Origin: Gonapodya sp. JEL0774
Taxonomy: Eukaryota
Assembly (NCBI GenBank): GCA_027604505.1
Contig: JADIIX010000022.1
Location: forward strand, 1 to 64,000
Length of the DNA: 64,000 nt
Direction of reading: 5' to 3'
Part shown: one piece after another, positions 60,244 to 64,000 of the stretch
Position numbering within the stretch: position 1 is the first letter of the stretch
Layout: each line of letters opens with the position of its first letter
Made by a program: the position numbers and the translations under genes
Notes under the pieces: model-generated
The model's input: the letters and a program-made list of their open reading frames with translations, nothing else
Databases searched by the model: none
What the model was told of the DNA's origin: nothing

Positions 60244-62110
60244 TCAGCGTCTCAACCTAGCGACGGGCGAAGGTGTTCTTCTTCCACCTGCGCGACGAGC
60301 CGTGGGAGGCGGAGAGCGCCGCCTAAAAAGTACGCCGTTGTATTAGAGAAGGCATAATACAGGTTACGGCTCTGTTGTCAACGTACGTAGAGTAACCTGC
60401 AGAGGGCAAAGGAGCGTAATCCCTCTCGTAGCCACGACCAGGCAAGTCACTTTTCAAGGGGGGAATAGTGCATGAGGCCCACAATAACTTACAAGTCATC
60501 AAACACGAGATTGAACTCACCGTCCTGCATTATACCTTCCTGGACTCCTCGATCTTGGCCTCGGGCCCAGTCTATCATAGTCTGCAGCTGAGAGTGCTGG
60601 GGGCGGGGTGTACCTCCTGCTGCCTACGGCGCCAAGCTCCCGCGCCAGTAAGCGCTCCCTCTCCCTTTCCCTTTCGTACAACGCGTCCTCGTACCGGTCC
60701 CGCACCAGGTCTCGATCGGGAAGCCGAGAAAGCTCACGGTCACGCTCGTAGTAGGGGTCTCGGAGTGCAGACGGCACTAGACGTTCACGAGCGAGCTCCC
60801 GTTCATAATAAGGGTCACGAGCAGCACCTAGGCGGTCACGGTCGTAGTAAGGATCATCAAGGCGGCGGGACGGAGCCGAGGGGAGATAGTCTCGCTCCCG
60901 TTCACGCTCCCTCTCCCGTAGCAACTCCCGCTCACGGAGTTCCCGCTCGCGTGCGTACAGGTAGTCACGCTCACGCTCGCGTTCACGCTCTTCGACTGTA
61001 AGGCGGTCGTAATCTCGAGCCCGAGGCGGTGGTGGCGGAGGCACTGCCCCCCTGCCAAGGTCCCGATCGTCCAAGCGGTCATAATCTCGAGGGTCGCGAC
61101 GTCCACCGACATCGCGAGGCCTGTCACGGGAGTAGTTCCCTCCCTCTGGGCCAGGCAGGGTCCGGTCACGAGGGTTGCGACGAGCACCGTTGGTTTGATC
61201 CACAGTAGGACTGTCCACGAAGAGAAAAAGACTCAATACTAGTGCAACTTCTAGACTGCCAGATAGAGGCGGAAAGCAAACTTACCACTCTCTTGCCCAG
61301 TGCCCCAATTTGCCGCAGTTAAAGCAAGGTGTGTCCTCAACGGTTCCTTTCCCACGTCCACCTCCTGGACCCCCTGCAGAACGTTCGGAGTTCGACATTT
61401 CGACTTTGAGGCGTGAGCCCAAGTATTCTTGTCCATGTAAATCTCTAATAGCGTCCTCGCAGGACCGAGGGTCCTCAAATTCCTGAAGATACGGCGATTA
61501 GAAGACATCGTTAGAAGTCAAAGTCAAAGGCAAGGTACACGATAGGCGATTGAAAGAGCAGTGTGATGATCCAAGCAGAAACTCATGCAAGAGGTGCATT
61601 GTTGATCCACAAGATCGATAGAGAACCTCGCGAATCCGAGCTCCGACGTCACTGGTCACGGAATCCCCCAGATTCAACCAAACAGAGAAGCCGAGACATG
61701 CAGAAAAGACGAGAGAGATGCCGATGTATCTTTGACCAAATGAGACTCACAACGAAGGCGAAGCCAATTTTTAAGTCCAGGTTAACGATATGACCGTACT
61801 TTCCAAAGAGATTCTTGAGTTCCGGGAGAGTTGATTTTTCCGGAACAGAGCCAACGAATATTTTACGGGGATTGGGACCTCGAGCGGTTCTATCCCGAGC
61901 TCCACCTTCGAACGGTTGCTGCCGAGGTACCACGACAACTCCAGGCATGCCTGGCACAGGAACTCCAGCAGGAGACGTGCTTGACCGAGAAGTGAAATCG
62001 TCAGGCTGACCAGATTGGGCGAAGAATTGGTGGGAGGTGAGGGGTGGCATCGAGTTTTGTTCTTGCTGCATGCCATTCTGGGGAGGAGGAGAAGTAGGTT
62101 CGATCTCCAT
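60244..62110 (-). CDS. SR-like splicing factor: RRM + CCHC zinc knuckle + RE/RD/RS-rich tail (SRSF7-like architecture)
   Basis: RKIFVGSV..FGKYGHIVNLDLKIGFAFV (RNP2/RNP1); CFNCGKLGHWARE|C; RERERE repeats, RPRSRSP. 3' exons are approximate. Confidence 0.8.
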
Positions 62111-62661
62111 GTTTGTAAGCATGCAGAGACAAGGTCAGATAGGAGAGAGCGACTAGTCCGCAGATGTCTCGGAGAAGAAAACAAGCTTGTTTCTCAGGTT
62201 TTGTCGCTTTTGCGCAGGACGTCACACTTGAGACGGAAACAGCAGAACAGGTCAAAAGATGGCAAATGCTCAAGTCCTGGGACTGCGTGGGATTCGTGTG
62301 TGCCTCTACGTTCTCGAAGTGTCCCAATCGCTCGAGTTTCGTATTTTCCGTCTGGTGCCACTGCGCTGCCAATAGTTTGTGTGATGACGGTTCTTTCACA
62401 CCTAAGGTATGATGGATTACAATACTCCAGTGCAGGTAATATTGGTCACTTTTTAAGCGATTTTCGTAAAAAGCGTCCAGCAATCTCGAGGAGAGATGTC
62501 GAGACATCAACAAAAACGATCCACTTTAAAACTGTCCTCCGACTTTTACAGCTTGCTTAGACACCAAAAAAATAGCCTCCTATAGGAGAAACAAGAGAAA
62601 TGGCGGGTCTGAATATTTGTTGACATTCAAGTTCGATGGTACCGCCGTGCAGCGGCTGTAA

Positions 62662-64000
62662 ATGGAGATTTCTTACAATTTCACTATGGCGAGCAGAAGA
62701 GCCACCGCCGGCCTCCGCTCTCCATCACTACGAGCAGCTCTTTCTCAAAACTCCGTGGGAGGGTTGTCCGAAGGGGCGTGGAGATCGGCACTCGATCGGA
62801 GTCGCACATTGCATCTTTGGGGATTCGGGCGATGGGTCAATGACAGTGACAAAAATGACCAAAAGAGTGGCGACGATGCTGTGGAGATCCTGCGGAGAGA
62901 GCAAGCGGGAAATCCTCTTCCACCGCGACGAGCTCGAACTTCATCACCACGCAGGCCCACTTCCCATTCATCCACCCGATTCACCGACGCCAGTGATGAG
63001 GCGCTGTATAATGCTCTTTCACAGCAGTTGGTGGATTCACTCGACAGGCAAGATACGAAAGCTGCGTGGGATGCCTACTCCAAAATGCTCGACGAAAGCT
63101 TGGAGAAGCTGGATCTTTCCGTATGGGATCACAGAAAGCTGTTGAAAGTGAGTTTCGGACCAGGCAAGTTCTATGAGGCACCGGAATGAGGAACATTCTC
63201 TTTGGGACCTGGTAAATTCAATCAGAGAGCAAAGCCTGACCTATGAAATTCTCCACTTCCTCCCCTTGTGTCATTCTGTGCCCTGAATGTCAACGCCCGT
63301 TAACACCAGATGCTCAACCAAATCCCCCACATTCCCGCCGCATCCACTCGCCGGTCCACTTCCCCACCTCGGAGCCCTCGATCCATGGCCGTCCAACACT
63401 CGACCCCGGTCTCTGTCTCCTCCTCCTCTCTTCCAACTGCCCCGCTGATGTATCGTATCCTGGCTGACATGCATGCCCGAGGCCAAAACCTCTCTCCCCG
63501 CGACTTTATGCCCCTCTTCCACCACCACGACCAATATCACGACACGAGCGCCGCGCGGGACCTTGTTGAGCGGGGCATGCTGGCTTTGGGGGTAGTTCCC
63601 GATCGCCCATGCTGGAGAATGGTCATCAAAACGTGTATCCGAGCCGGAAAGTGGGACGAAGCGTTGGCGGTCGTCGAGGAGATGAAGCGTGCTGCCCAGG
63701 AAAAGAACTGTTCAGCTCCCAACACTACCTCACCGACTCTCCCTCCTTCACCGTACCCCGATGCCTCTACGCATGCCATGCTTCTCCGGCACCTCGTCCG
63801 CACGCTGGGGGACTTCCCCACCGCTATCACTCTCTTCCAATCCTATTGGTCATCGTATGGGTCGCTCCTGCCCATCTCTTTGTCTGAGTTCAATGTTGCA
63901 GACTCCGCTGATAATTCTGGAAGTTCCACGTACCATTGGAGCGCCGTGACGGTCGGGCTTGCTATGGAGGCATGCGTGGGTATGGCGAATAGCAGTCTTG
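62662..64000 (+). CDS. Pentatricopeptide-repeat protein, probably mitochondrial; truncated at the window end
   Basis: Arg/Ser-rich N-terminus; PPR-like PDRPCWRMVIKTCIRAGKWDEALAVVEEMK at about 63598-63690. Confidence 0.7.

Noticed and set aside
1..64000. tRNA, rRNA or spliceosomal snRNA genes
   Set aside because: None recognised by eye; tRNAscan-SE and Infernal would be needed to exclude them.

Overview
Intron-rich eukaryotic DNA, most likely from an early-diverging (chytrid-like) fungus; the taxon is inferred from gene content, short GT-AG introns and a CpG-rich background. About 18 protein-coding genes can be reconstructed by hand. They are DPP3, Elg1/ATAD5, two divergently oriented paralogs of a membrane-anchored CBM18-GH18-GH16 fusion, a Pro-rich hypothetical protein, a CpG-depleted intronless TET/JBP-like ORF, an enoyl-CoA hydratase, a Siva-like Zn-finger protein and a Pro-rich membrane protein. 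Further on come an Agd3/CE18-like deacetylase with a mucin stalk, a sphingoid-phosphate phosphatase, THI20, head-to-head RPN9/PRE8, BTG/Tob, a TauD-like dioxygenase next to an MFS transporter, CREG, FKBP-TPR, an SR-like RRM/CCHC protein and a partial PPR gene. The most notable observations are: a chitinase/glucanase/deacetylase cell-wall locus; an apparently methylation-decayed TET/JBP-like gene; a highly structured ~730-nt intron ending in an H/ACA-like domain; and a perfect 34-bp AGGT tandem duplication in ELG1 that looks like a newborn intron. Exon boundaries and family calls were made by eye, not computed.
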